DNA of 64,000 nt from Candidatus Zixiibacteriota bacterium (lineage in GTDB: Bacteria > Zixibacteria > MSB-5A5 > GN15 > FEB-12). The position numbers and the translations under genes are program-made. The notes under the pieces were generated by a model, which was given only the letters and a program-made list of their open reading frames with translations, was not told the origin of the DNA and searched no databases. Each line of letters begins with the position of its first letter. Positions within the stretch are counted from its first letter, which is position 1. This document shows positions 31,209-41,144 of this stretch, piece by piece. Location of the stretch: contig JAGNLV010000001.1 of assembly GCA_017999435.1 (NCBI GenBank), forward strand, positions 794,993-858,992, written 5' to 3'.

Positions 31209-32797
31209 TCGGTTGCGCCTCCTCCGGCCGGTGCGCCGGCCGCGCCCGGCTCGCCCGTTTCACCGAGTTTGATCCCGAGCCGCTGCACGAGTGCGCTCAC
31301 GTCGATCCCGGCCGCCTTGGCCTGCTCCACCAGTTGGAACAGCAAGAGCGGCCCGGTCTTGGCAAACCGGCTGAGCGCGCCGTCCTTGCCCTCGCCGCCC
31401 CCGGCATCAACCACCACGAGCTTGTCGATATTCCCCATGGGCGCGGCGATCGCTCCGAACACGGCGCCGCAGGATTCGATCACCTGCGGGAGGATCTTGA
31501 GCATCTCGAGTGTGAGGGCGGCCTCGTTGAACTGGCGGTAGGCCTTGGCCAGCTCGGCCACCGACACCGCCCGGGCGAGCCCCTGGCGCTCGATCACGTC
31601 GGCCTCGGCCAATCCGGTCGCCTTGACGGCCTCGGCTTGCCCGAGACCCTCCTGCGAGCGCTTGTGCTTCTCGGCGTCGGCCCGCGCGATCGTCGCGTAC
31701 TTGTCGCCGTCGGCCCGCGAGATCTGCGCCTGGCGGTAACCCTCGGCCTCCTTGACCTGCGAGTCCGCCTTGGCCTTGGCCGGCACCACGACCTCGGCCT
31801 CTTGCGCCTTCTGTTCGCGCAGGATGTTCTGCTCTTCCACCGCGATCTGGGCCCGCGAGCGTTCCTCCTCGATCTTGACCTCGGCGACAATGACCTTTTG
31901 CCGTTCGCCGGCGGTCGCCAGCGGCCCGGCCTGTTCCGTGATCGCCGTCTGCTTGGAGATTTCGGCGGCGTACTGCTGTTTGGCGACGTTGGTGTTTTTC
32001 TGGGCTTCGGACTTGAGCCGCTCGTTCTCCTGGGCGACCACTTCGGCGGCCCGCTCGGCGTCGGTCGAACGCTTCTTCGCCTCCGCCTGGGCCTCGGCCT
32101 CGCCGATCATCGCGTCGCGCTTGACCTCGGCCGTGCGCTTCTTCCCGAGCGCCTCGATGTACCCCTGCTGGTCGGTGATCGACTGCGGGTTGAACACGTC
32201 GATCTGCATCCCCAGCCGGGCGAGATCCTCCGCCGCCTCCCGCAGCACCTGCTGGCGGAACGCGTCGCGGTCCTTGATCAACTGGTCGACCGTCAGCGTG
32301 CCGACCACGCCGCGCAGGTTCGCCTCGAGGGTCTCGCGGGCGACGCTCTGCACCTTCTCGTGCGGCATGCTGAGGAAGCGGGCCCCGGCCGCCAACAGCG
32401 ACTGGGCGTCGTCCTTGAACCGGATATTCGCTACCGCCTCGACCGTCACCAACACCCCGTCGGTGTTGGGCATGTTCTCCACCCGGATCTGCGGCAGGGT
32501 GATTTCGGTCAGGTCGAGGAACTGGACATCCTCGATGATCGGCTTGCGGATCCGCCCGCCCCCCGTGACCACGACCGTCCCGGGCGGGAGCACGGTCACC
32601 CCGGGCACGCCGGGAACCTCCGCCTGCGTCGCCCGCTGCAGCCCCTTTTTGCCGCTCCGCGCGCCGTAGAAGAAGGCCGCCTTGTTCGGAGGGACGCGCA
32701 CGTAGAACAGCGACAGCGCTTTGACCAGGACGAAGAGGGCGATGACAATCGCCAGGCCGATAATCGGCCACACGAAAAACTGTATCATCTCCGACAT
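31205..32797 (-). CDS. flotillin-family SPFH domain protein (YqiK/FloA-like)
   Basis: 530 aa. N-terminal TM, SPFH/band-7 domain, then a long Ala/Glu/Lys/Gln-rich coiled-coil (EAEAQAEAKKRSTDAERAAEVVAQENERLK...). Confidence 0.85.
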   Translation of the reverse strand: MSEMIQFFVWPIIGLAIVIALFVLVKALSLFYVRVPPNKAAFFYGARSGKKGLQRATQAEVPGVPGVTVLPPGTVVVTGGGRIRKPIIEDVQFLDLTEITLPQIRVENMPNTDGVLVTVEAVANIRFKDDAQSLLAAGARFLSMPHEKVQSVARETLEANLRGVVGTLTVDQLIKDRDAFRQQVLREAAEDLARLGMQIDVFNPQSITDQQGYIEALGKKRTAEVKRDAMIGEAEAQAEAKKRSTDAERAAEVVAQENERLKSEAQKNTNVAKQQYAAEISKQTAITEQAGPLATAGERQKVIVAEVKIEEERSRAQIAVEEQNILREQKAQEAEVVVPAKAKADSQVKEAEGYRQAQISRADGDKYATIARADAEKHKRSQEGLGQAEAVKATGLAEADVIERQGLARAVSVAELAKAYRQFNEAALTLEMLKILPQVIESCGAVFGAIAAPMGNIDKLVVVDAGGGEGKDGALSRFAKTGPLLLFQLVEQAKAAGIDVSALVQRLGIKLGETGEPGAAGAPAGGGATE

Positions 32798-32831
32798 GAG
32801 TGAGACCTCCGCTCCTGTGGTTGGTGATATT

Positions 32832-33362
32832 CTAGCCGTTTTGGGTGGGCGCGACGGTCACGACGCCGCCCGACTTGCCCACGATCCGCACCGGTGCGTT
32901 CCGGGCGATCGACCGGCCGTCCGCCGACCGGGCCAGGAAGGTGATCTCCCGGCCGCGGATGACACACGCCGCCTGCCCGTACTCCGCGCCCGCGATCGCA
33001 TCGATCAGACGCGCCTCGCACCCGATGATCTCCTCGTCCCCGATCGTCGAACTCGCCTGGCTGGCGTAGAACAGCCGGAGAATGAGGTAGCCGATGGCGC
33101 CGACCGCCGCCGCCCCCACCAGGCCCGCCATGGACGACTTCATCATCGTCCACCCTGCCGTGGCCCGAAACCCGAATCCGACCGCCCCGAATCCGACCAG
33201 GAGGAGGGCGATGATTTTGATGTTGATGACTCCCGGCCCGTGTCCGTCGGCTCCGACCCCGCCGGCGTCGGCGTCGACGTGGAAGTCCGTATCGTGCCCG
33301 AAAATGACGCTGAGCAGAAGGGTCAGGAACCCCACTGCGAAAATGGTGGCAAAGATGAGCAT
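32832..33362 (-). CDS. NfeD-family membrane protein (YqiJ-like)
   Basis: 176 aa. Two TM segments plus a C-terminal OB-fold-like beta domain. Immediately upstream of flotillin, the canonical NfeD-flotillin pairing. Confidence 0.7.
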   Translation of the reverse strand: MLIFATIFAVGFLTLLLSVIFGHDTDFHVDADAGGVGADGHGPGVINIKIIALLLVGFGAVGFGFRATAGWTMMKSSMAGLVGAAAVGAIGYLILRLFYASQASSTIGDEEIIGCEARLIDAIAGAEYGQAACVIRGREITFLARSADGRSIARNAPVRIVGKSGGVVTVAPTQNG

Positions 33363-33470
33363 GGCCTCAACCTCCGCAACTTCTCTACCGAGACCGTTTG
33401 ATATACTCGCCCCAAGTATACGATATTCACCGTGCGGAGGCGAAAGATTTATCGGCGCCCGGCCGGCGCG

Positions 33471-34385
33471 TCACCGCGCCGGTTCCAGAAGGGAGGCGAA
33501 GAACTCCCGGTTCTCCCGCACCCACGCATCGAAGTCCCGGATCCCGGGATAGAGCTTCCGGCTCTCCTCGAGATCGGCTGTCCGCTCGGTGATGTACCGC
33601 CGGTTCATGTCGAACATGTTGGCCAGCTCCTGGGCGCCCGGGAATGGGAATTGGGCATACTCCTCGCGCGGGATGTGGCGGTAGCTCACCGGGACCTCGA
33701 GTGCCCGCGCGAGCGCCTGGGCGTACTCGGCCGGCGGCCGGTCGTCCCCCACCACCCCCACCTGCCGCCCGGCGAACTCGTCCGGGCGCTCGAACAGCGG
33801 GGCCACCACGCCCCCAATATCTTCCGTGCCCACCATCGCCAGCTTCGTCTCGCCCTGCGGAAATCCGAAGGACAAAGACCCGTCCTCGGCCCGCTGGAGC
33901 ATGGAGAAGATCATGTAGTTTTCGTAGTAGAACGCCACGTGGGTGAAGGCCGACCGGAGGGGCAGGGCGCGGATCTCATCTTCCAGGCGCGCCTTGAGCT
34001 CAAGGTGCGGCACGTCGTACTCCCCCCGGCCGAGTTTCCGCGGATTGGGCAGGGAGCTGTAGATGAAGAATTCGGGCCTGGTTTCCGCGACCGCCCGGAT
34101 CAGGTTGCGCCCGAGTTCGAACTCGCGGTGGAAGTGCTCCCAGAAGTTGGTGACGCCGAACACGCCCCAGCACCCGTCCATCGCCCGCACCAGACTCTGC
34201 GGGTCGCCCATGTCGCCGGCGGCGATTTCGACGCCCCGGCGCGCCAGGTCCTTTGCCTGCGGCGACTCGGGATGGCGCGTCAGCCCGCGCACCGCGAACC
34301 GCCCCCGCCGCAGGAGGTGCCTCGCCACGCTGCCCCCCTGCGCCCCGGTCACCCCGGTTACCAGAATCTTCTTCTCTGCCGTCAC
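33471..34385 (-). CDS. NmrA-family NAD(P)-binding protein
   Basis: 304 aa. Rossmann ILVTGVTGAQGGSVARHLL and overall NmrA/PCBER-like layout. Confidence 0.8.
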   Translation of the reverse strand: MTAEKKILVTGVTGAQGGSVARHLLRRGRFAVRGLTRHPESPQAKDLARRGVEIAAGDMGDPQSLVRAMDGCWGVFGVTNFWEHFHREFELGRNLIRAVAETRPEFFIYSSLPNPRKLGRGEYDVPHLELKARLEDEIRALPLRSAFTHVAFYYENYMIFSMLQRAEDGSLSFGFPQGETKLAMVGTEDIGGVVAPLFERPDEFAGRQVGVVGDDRPPAEYAQALARALEVPVSYRHIPREEYAQFPFPGAQELANMFDMNRRYITERTADLEESRKLYPGIRDFDAWVRENREFFASLLEPAR

Positions 34386-34517
34386 TGCATCCTCCGCATC
34401 GTTGTGGGGTCCACGCGATCGTTTCTTCCCCGCCCCGGCGTTCCCGGACGCGGCAATATGGACATTATGGCTCGATGAGTCAAGCCGAAAGATGGCGCGG
34501 CGGGGAAGCCGCGCCGC

Positions 34518-35651
34518 TCAGCCCGCCGGCGCCCCCGCGCCGCCCGACCCGGTCTCGTCCTCCCGCGCTTCGGGAAGAAAGAGTGGCGGTTCCTCGGCGA
34601 TCCGGTAGTCGTCCTTGAGAAACCGGATGACGGCGTAGGCGCGCGCCTGCGTCGTCGCCACCACCGCCAGGGCGTAGCCGAAAACTGAGGCGAGGATGAC
34701 AAGGAGCATGGCCGCCATAACGTATCCGGCGGCGCTGTCCCCCCGTTCGGCCCACTGCGAGATCGAAAACCGCCAGTCGAACCCCGGCACGAGCGCGACC
34801 GCCGCCTCGACCGGGCCCGAGCGCACCGGCAGATGCCCCAGCCCCTCGCGGACCAACCGGTCCGCCTTCTCCCCGGCCGTGAGCGACGCGGCCCACGCCG
34901 TGAACTGCACCGCCCGGTAGCAGAAGTAGGCATAGATCCAGCTCGCCGCTTTGGCCGCGGCCAGCCCGTAGGCGGTGTAGGCCAGCCAGCGGACCGGCTG
35001 ACGGATGACGGTCGAAAACGTCCCGAGGATCGCGGTGAACGACTCGCCGTGGCGTTCGGCGGCGGCCGCCGCGGGGAGCAGGATCACGGAGATTTGGAGA
35101 ACGGCGACGATGAACACGGTGAAGATGGCGATGAAGAAGACCGGCAGGAGAAAGGTCGCCGCGTACACCCACTCCCCGACGGCCGGGATGCGAACGACCA
35201 GCCCGAGCAGCAGAAAGAGCAGGAGGATGAACAGGAGGAAGGCAACCATGGCCGCCTCGCCGGCCGCCAGCTGGCCCAGCCGCCGGCGCGCGAACCGGAT
35301 CGCCTCGCACATCGGGAAGAACCGGTTCCCCCGCAATTGTTCGATCTCGATCGCGCTCACGGCGAACAACCCCGTCATGAGCGCCAGCAGCGCCAGCACG
35401 ATCCCCAGTCCGCAGGCGGCCTGCGCCAAGCCGCCGCTGAAATTCAGCCCGGCGAGCGGCAAAAGCCCGTGCCACCGCCAGAAGGTCTCGAGCGAGGCGC
35501 CGTCGAGCACCGCCGCGAGGTAGACGAACACGTCGTAGATGGCGACGGCGAGGCACAGGAACAGCGTCATGACGAAAATGCGTTTGGCGGCGAGCGCCCG
35601 GGCCGGCGCGATGAGGATGTCCCGGAAGTCGTAATACAGCGGCTGGTCCAT
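34518..35651 (-). CDS. polytopic membrane protein (hypothetical)
   Basis: 377 aa with ~8 predicted TM helices. No recognisable motif. Confidence 0.45.
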   Translation of the reverse strand: MDQPLYYDFRDILIAPARALAAKRIFVMTLFLCLAVAIYDVFVYLAAVLDGASLETFWRWHGLLPLAGLNFSGGLAQAACGLGIVLALLALMTGLFAVSAIEIEQLRGNRFFPMCEAIRFARRRLGQLAAGEAAMVAFLLFILLLFLLLGLVVRIPAVGEWVYAATFLLPVFFIAIFTVFIVAVLQISVILLPAAAAAERHGESFTAILGTFSTVIRQPVRWLAYTAYGLAAAKAASWIYAYFCYRAVQFTAWAASLTAGEKADRLVREGLGHLPVRSGPVEAAVALVPGFDWRFSISQWAERGDSAAGYVMAAMLLVILASVFGYALAVVATTQARAYAVIRFLKDDYRIAEEPPLFLPEAREDETGSGGAGAPAG

Positions 35652-35723
35652 ACCGGAAGGGTGCCGCGCGCGGCGCAGGGTGTCAAGCTAAATAGCGGGC
35701 CGGGGCGGCCGCGCCCCGCCCGG

Positions 35724-36356
35724 CTACTCGTCCACCTTCGGCCGGTCGGGCAGTTCGTTCACGTCGTCGTCCATGCGCGGGAAGTGGCGGGCGAGTTCTT
35801 CGCCGATCGCCGCGATCGCCCGGATGATCCCCTCGGCGTGCTCCCCCTTGGCCATGCCGGCGACAATCGTGCCGCAGGGTCCGCCCCAGTAATCGGGCGG
35901 GGCCTTGGCGGCGATGCCGCGGTCGGCGATGACGGCGGCCTGCCCCTCCTCGACGGAGACGAAGATCAGCACCCCGGTGCGGCCGCGCACGGGGACCATC
36001 TGGTGAAACGCGCTCAGGGCCCGGCGCCAGACTGCGGCGCGCCGGCGCGCCGTCCGCGCCAGCACCCGCCCGCCGCCGAAATAGGCGAGGACAAATCCGA
36101 CCCCGCCCCAGAGGAGCGTCTGGGTCGTGTTGTAGTACACGCCCCAATCGACGCGGCGGGTGGCCAGCAGCGCCGCCACCATGCACACGAAAGTCACGGC
36201 GAGAGCGCACAGCAGCCGCTCGCCGCTCCAGTTGCGCGACCGCGAGGCCAACTCCACGGCGATCTCACCGCTCGTGGCGCTCTCCGCCTGCCGAACCGCC
36301 GCCTCGATGGCCGCAAAATCGGCCGCCGAGAAATATTTTTCGACCAGTGACGCCAT
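35724..36356 (-). CDS. TPM-domain membrane protein (LemA-operon partner)
   Basis: Trimmed to MASLVEKYFSAADFAAIEAAVRQAESATSGEIAV, a TPM/TLP18.3-type motif. A TM segment follows. Confidence 0.6.
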   Translation of the reverse strand: MASLVEKYFSAADFAAIEAAVRQAESATSGEIAVELASRSRNWSGERLLCALAVTFVCMVAALLATRRVDWGVYYNTTQTLLWGGVGFVLAYFGGGRVLARTARRRAAVWRRALSAFHQMVPVRGRTGVLIFVSVEEGQAAVIADRGIAAKAPPDYWGGPCGTIVAGMAKGEHAEGIIRAIAAIGEELARHFPRMDDDVNELPDRPKVDE

Positions 36357-36370
36357 ACCTTGCCGCCTTC

Positions 36371-36480
36371 CTACCATCCTCCGCTGGCGCCGCCGCCGCC
36401 GGAGGATCCGCCGCCGAAGCTGAATCCACCGCCGCCGCCGCCGCCGCCGCCGAATCCGCCGCCGAATCCGCCGAGGAACG
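36371..36480. repeat. low-complexity (GGC/GCC)n tract encoding the Gly-rich tail
   Basis: Runs of ccgccgccgccgcc across 36371..36480. Confidence 0.4.
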
Positions 36481-37090
36481 GCCCGCCAAACCGGCGGCCG
36501 CTGATCCCCCGCCGACTGGCCGCGTTCGCAAGCGCCACGATCAGGATCAGCCCCATGACCAGGAGCGGAAAAATCGCGGCGGCGGGGCTCTCGTCGCTCT
36601 CGGGCGGGGCGTACTCCCCGCCGATGGCTTCAATGATCCCGTCCACGACTGCCGCCACCCCTCCGGCGTAGTCCCCCTGCCGGAATTGCTGCGCCATCGG
36701 CGAATTGCGGCTGACCAGCCGCCCGGCCTCCAGATCGGTCAGCGCCTCCTCCAGACCATAGCCGACCTCCACCCGCGCCCGCTTGTCCTCGATCGCCGCG
36801 AGGAAGAGCACGCCGTTGTCCTGTCCCTTCTTGCCGATCCCCCAGGCACGGAAGACGTCGTGCGCGTAGTCCTCGATCCCCCGGCCCTCCAGCGACGGCA
36901 CAATGAGGACGCCGATCTCGTGTCCCGAAGCGTCGCGGTAGGCCAGGACCTTGGCCTCGAGCTGTTCGACGGCCCGGTTATCGAGGATGCCGGCCTGATC
37001 GTTGATCGGGCCGGTGTACGACGGCAGGGTGGCGGCCGCCGCCAGAGCGGAGGCCGCGAGAGCCGCGGCTATCGGAATAAGCTTCTTCAC
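36371..37090 (-). CDS. secreted TPM-domain protein (YgcG-like) with Gly-rich C-terminal tail
   Basis: 239 aa. Signal peptide. TPM motif INDQAGILDNRAVEQLEAKV...GHEIGVLIV. C-terminal TM plus GGFGGGFGGGGGGGGGFSFGGG tail. Confidence 0.7.
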   Translation of the reverse strand: MKKLIPIAAALAASALAAAATLPSYTGPINDQAGILDNRAVEQLEAKVLAYRDASGHEIGVLIVPSLEGRGIEDYAHDVFRAWGIGKKGQDNGVLFLAAIEDKRARVEVGYGLEEALTDLEAGRLVSRNSPMAQQFRQGDYAGGVAAVVDGIIEAIGGEYAPPESDESPAAAIFPLLVMGLILIVALANAASRRGISGRRFGGPFLGGFGGGFGGGGGGGGGFSFGGGSSGGGGASGGW

Positions 37091-37104
37091 CCCTCGCCGA
37101 CCGC

Positions 37105-37722
37105 CTACTTCTTCTCAAAGGCGTCGCGCACGCTCGGAGCCGTCTGGGCTTCCGACTGGGCGGCGAAGAACTCGCGCGCGTAGGGAAATCCGAACACCGC
37201 TCCGGCAATGAGGGCCTTGACCCCCCGCTGGCGATAGACGTTGTACTCCCGCACGGCCTCGTTGTACACACGGCGCTCCTGGGCGATCCGGTTCTCGGTT
37301 CCCTCAAGCTGCGTCATCAGGTCGGCGTACAACTGGTCCCCCTTGATCTCGGGATACCGCTCGACGACCACATTAATAAACGAGTTGAGCTGCCGCGAGA
37401 GCTGTCCCGCAAGCGAGTCGAGCAGGGCCGGGTTGCCGCTGCCGAGGGCCGATTCGGCCGAGGCCGTGAGGTCGATCACCCGCTGGCGCATGGCGATCAC
37501 CTCGGTCAGTGTCGCCTGCTGCCGTTCCATGAAATTGTCCACGCTAGCCACGAGATTCGGCACGAGGTCAAACCGCCGCTGATAGACGTTCTGCACCTGT
37601 GCCCACTTTTCGTCAATCGCCTGCGAGCGATCGATGAGGCCGCCGCGTCCCGACCAGATCCAGCCCGCTACTGCGAGCACCAGGATCAGAATGACTGCCA
37701 GAGCAATGCCTAAAACTTTCAT
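37105..37722 (-). CDS. LemA family protein
   Basis: 205 aa. N-terminal TM. EKWAQVQNVYQRRFDLVPNLVASV is the LemA signature. Confidence 0.85.
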   Translation of the reverse strand: MKVLGIALAVILILVLAVAGWIWSGRGGLIDRSQAIDEKWAQVQNVYQRRFDLVPNLVASVDNFMERQQATLTEVIAMRQRVIDLTASAESALGSGNPALLDSLAGQLSRQLNSFINVVVERYPEIKGDQLYADLMTQLEGTENRIAQERRVYNEAVREYNVYRQRGVKALIAGAVFGFPYAREFFAAQSEAQTAPSVRDAFEKK

Positions 37723-37834
37723 CGGAATCTCCTTTTGCGATAAGATACTCGGCCGCCGTACCTGTATTCATATAAAAAAAGGATGGTCATCCCTGCCTTC
37801 GGAGCGGGCCGCTCCGGCGCGGCCCCGGCCCGGT

Positions 37835-38833
37835 TCAAATGTGAAACTCCACTATGTCGCCGTCCGACAGCGCGTAGTCGTTCTGCACCCGCTGGCCGTC
37901 GAACTTCCCCTTCCCCCACACCTTGGCGAATTTCAGCTTCTGCAGAAAATCCTTGTGGAGCGTCGCGGCGGCCTCGGCCACCGTCCCGCCCGCCGGCAGG
38001 ATGATCGGATCCCGATAGTCCGGATCGTGCCCCACCGGCTTGGTGTACACCCGGATGATCCGCAGCTCCTCGAAAATGGCGCGCCGGAACGCCTCGAGAC
38101 TGGCCTCGTCGATGATCGACGTCGTCACAATCCGATACCCCGGATAGGCCCCCGCCAACTGCCGGCGCTTCGACCCGTCCTCATCCTCGTACTCCTTGTG
38201 GGCGCACAGCACGGTCCGTTTGCCGCAGTATTTCGGGTCGTCCGGCTCCCCGGCGACTTCCGGCTGCAGGATGATCCGCTTCTCCCGAAGCGTGGCGATG
38301 ATGAAGCGGAGATCGTCGAGCATCGACCTGGCCTCAAGATCGCATACCAGCACCACCAGGTCGGCATTCCGAATCAACCCGGTGAGGTAGTTCTCATACA
38401 GCTCGACCGAGATCGGCGGCGTGTCGATGAGCTGGATCTGGACGGTCTCGAAGGTCATCATCCCCGGCTGCGGTTCGCGGGTGGTGTAGGGGTAGTCGCC
38501 GATTTCCGGTTTGGCGCTCGTGAGCGCGTCGAGGAGGGAGGACTTGCCGGCGTTGGGCGGGCCGATGAGGATCACCTGTCCCGCCCCTTCCTTTTCGATG
38601 TAGTCTTTGGCCACGGCCTTGGCCGCTCCGCCCGCGCGCGCGCCGCCGGCCTCGATCTCTTTGCGGTGCCGCGAGATCTTGGCCTTCATCTCGGCCTGCA
38701 GCTTGTCGGTCCCCTTGTGCTTGGGCATGATGCGCAGGAGTTCCTGCGCGAGACGGAGCTTTTCGCGCGGATCCTTCTCGGCGTTGTACGCGCGCTCGAG
38801 CTCGTAGTACTGCGGGGGCAAATTTGCCGGCAT
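37835..38833 (-). CDS. Obg/DRG-family GTPase with C-terminal TGS domain
   Basis: 332 aa. G1 [16 protein letters not shown]3 DTPP, and a C-terminal TGS-like domain. Confidence 0.7.
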   Translation of the reverse strand: MPANLPPQYYELERAYNAEKDPREKLRLAQELLRIMPKHKGTDKLQAEMKAKISRHRKEIEAGGARAGGAAKAVAKDYIEKEGAGQVILIGPPNAGKSSLLDALTSAKPEIGDYPYTTREPQPGMMTFETVQIQLIDTPPISVELYENYLTGLIRNADLVVLVCDLEARSMLDDLRFIIATLREKRIILQPEVAGEPDDPKYCGKRTVLCAHKEYEDEDGSKRRQLAGAYPGYRIVTTSIIDEASLEAFRRAIFEELRIIRVYTKPVGHDPDYRDPIILPAGGTVAEAAATLHKDFLQKLKFAKVWGKGKFDGQRVQNDYALSDGDIVEFHI

Positions 38834-38920
38834 GCCGGAATATCATCAGACCGGATGCGTTTGACAAGACCTTGTTGCCGCGCCCCCGCCCCGCGCCCGG
38901 CCGCGGCCGGCCCGGGCCGC

Positions 38921-40093
38921 CTACCGCCGGAATTGCGCCGCGATCTCGGCGATGCAGGCGCAGACGTAATCCACGTCGGCCGCCGCCAGGGTCGGATACA
39001 GCGGCAGCGTCACCGCCCGCCGCCACGCCCACTCGGCGTTCGGGAAAGGCCGCGCCGAGAGGTCAAAGGCGCGGCGGTACCATGAGAGCTCGTAGACCGG
39101 CTTGTAGTGCACACCGCATTCGACGCCGCGCGCCGCCATCTCCCGGATGAACCGGTCCCGTCCGATGCGCAGCGCCTCGGTGCGGAGTTTGATGATGTAG
39201 AGGTGCCAGCTGTGCGTGCAGTCGGGCGCCTCGGTCGGAAGCACCACGTACTCGGCGAGAGCAGCAAGATGGCGGCGGTAACGGGCGGCGGCCGCGGCCC
39301 GCGCCCTCTGGTTGGCCCCGAACCTCTCGATCTCCCCCAGCCCGACCGCCGCACTCAGCTCCGCCATGTTGGCTTTCCACCCGAACGCGACCGCATCGTA
39401 CTCCCAGCGGTTGGACAGCTTCCGCTCGTAGGTCGAGCTGGTGAGCCCATGGCGGGCCAGCAGGCGGATGCGGTCGATCAGCTCCTTGTGGCGCGACACC
39501 GCCATGCCCCCCTCGCCGGCGGTGAGGTTTTTCGTGGAATAGAATGAATACACGGCGGCGTCGCACAGCTTGGGGATCGCCCGCCGCCGGTAGGCGCCCC
39601 CGATCGCATGCGCCGCGTCGGCCACGAGCGGCAAGTTGTGCGCGCCGCAGAGGTCGTTCAGGCGCGGGTAGTCGCAGGGGTGCCCGGCGATGTCCACGGG
39701 AACCACGGCGGCAGTCTTCTTCCCCACCTTCCGCGCCGCCGCATCCGGATCGATAGTGAGCGTGTGCGGGTCGATGTCGGCGAACACGGGGGTCCCGCCC
39801 GCCAGGAGGATCGCCTCCACGGTCGCTACGAACGTGTAGGGCGTGGTGACCACCTCGCGTCCCGGCACACCGCCGCACGCCGCCAGGGCCAGGTGCAGCC
39901 CCTGGGTGCCGCTGGCCACCGCGGCGGCGTGGCGCACACCGGTGAGGCGGGCCACCGCCGCTTCGAACGCCTTCACCTTCGGGCCGGCCGTCAGCCACCC
40001 CGATGCCAGTGCGTCGTTGACATACCGCCGCGCCGCCGGCGACACCGCCAGGTCGAACAGCGGCACCCGTCGCTCAGCTCTTTTTTTTCTCAT
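38921..40093 (-). CDS. DegT/DnrJ/EryC1/StrS-family PLP-dependent sugar aminotransferase
   Basis: 390 aa. Family layout with SFYSTKNLTAGEGG, the PLP-Lys region. Confidence 0.8.
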   Translation of the reverse strand: MRKKRAERRVPLFDLAVSPAARRYVNDALASGWLTAGPKVKAFEAAVARLTGVRHAAAVASGTQGLHLALAACGGVPGREVVTTPYTFVATVEAILLAGGTPVFADIDPHTLTIDPDAAARKVGKKTAAVVPVDIAGHPCDYPRLNDLCGAHNLPLVADAAHAIGGAYRRRAIPKLCDAAVYSFYSTKNLTAGEGGMAVSRHKELIDRIRLLARHGLTSSTYERKLSNRWEYDAVAFGWKANMAELSAAVGLGEIERFGANQRARAAAAARYRRHLAALAEYVVLPTEAPDCTHSWHLYIIKLRTEALRIGRDRFIREMAARGVECGVHYKPVYELSWYRRAFDLSARPFPNAEWAWRRAVTLPLYPTLAAADVDYVCACIAEIAAQFRR

Positions 40094-41141
40094 CGATCAA
40101 CCGCAGGTAGAGTTCCGACATCCGATCGAGCGAGAGCTCCCAATTGTAGTTCTCCTTGGCGAACGCCCATCCGTTCCGCCCGAACCGTTCGCGCAGGGCG
40201 GCGTCGCGGCCGAGACGGACAATCGCCTCGGCAAGCTTCTCGGAGTCTCCCGGCGGCACGAGGATCCCCGTTTCCTCGCGCCGCACGACCTCGGGCACAC
40301 CGCCGACCGCCGAAGCGATCACCGGCCGCCCGCAGGCCGCCGCCTCCAGCGCCGCCACCCCGAACGACTCCAGACACACCGACGGCATCACCATGATGTG
40401 GTGCTCCCGGATGAAAGCGTATACGCGGTCGTTCGGGACAAACCCGACGAACTCCACGAGGTCGTCGAGGCCCAGGTTTTTCGTCTTCTCCAGCAGCCGC
40501 GCCTTCATCTCCCCCTCGCCGGCGATATCGAGGCGAAGGTCGGGGAGTTCCTTCCGCGCCCGGGCCATCGCCTGCAGGAGCACGTCGGCGCCGTACTTCG
40601 GCCTGAGGTTCTTGACATAGCACAGCCGCACGGGCGGTGCCGGCGGGGGGGCCGCCGCCTCGGCCGGGATCGCCACCCCGAAAGGGATGACCGACGTTTG
40701 GGAAGCGAGGCTGCCGTCGAGCCCGATCACTTTGCTCCTCAAGAACTGACTGGTGGCGCTGAGGTGGGTGGCGCGGCGGAGGACCGCACGCAGCAGCCGC
40801 GCCCGGAACCAGCCGGCGGGGAAGTCGATGACGTCGGCGCCCCACACCGACACGAGGCTCGGCCGGAGGCGCGACCGCACCGCCCAGTAGCCAAACCCCG
40901 TCGCGTAGTGCGCGTGCACCAGGTCGGGGGCAAACGCCCGCGCCGCCTCGGCCGCCCGGGCCGCGTGGGTGAGATAGGACCAGCGACCGGTCCGCGGCAG
41001 CACGGTCGTCTCGCAGTCCGCCAGCGGCGGGCCGCCCAGGGACACCACCTTCATCTCGAATCCGCGCGCCTGCAGACCCGTCACCCAGCGCTGTACGTGC
41101 ACCGAGCCCGACCACCCGAATATCACGACCCGCGCGCCCAC
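40074..41141 (-). CDS. glycosyltransferase family 4
   Basis: 355 aa. GT4 C-terminal motif: the EX7E-like stretch ESFGVAALEAAACGRPVIAS. Confidence 0.8.
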   Translation of the reverse strand: MGARVVIFGWSGSVHVQRWVTGLQARGFEMKVVSLGGPPLADCETTVLPRTGRWSYLTHAARAAEAARAFAPDLVHAHYATGFGYWAVRSRLRPSLVSVWGADVIDFPAGWFRARLLRAVLRRATHLSATSQFLRSKVIGLDGSLASQTSVIPFGVAIPAEAAAPPPAPPVRLCYVKNLRPKYGADVLLQAMARARKELPDLRLDIAGEGEMKARLLEKTKNLGLDDLVEFVGFVPNDRVYAFIREHHIMVMPSVCLESFGVAALEAAACGRPVIASAVGGVPEVVRREETGILVPPGDSEKLAEAIVRLGRDAALRERFGRNGWAFAKENYNWELSLDRMSELYLRLIDEKKKS

Positions 41142-41144
41142 CGC

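Noticed and set aside
31334-32803. 489-aa plus-strand ORF and 454-aa alternate minus-strand frame
   Set aside because: Both overlap the flotillin gene. Only frame 31205..32797 gives the SPFH plus coiled-coil product.
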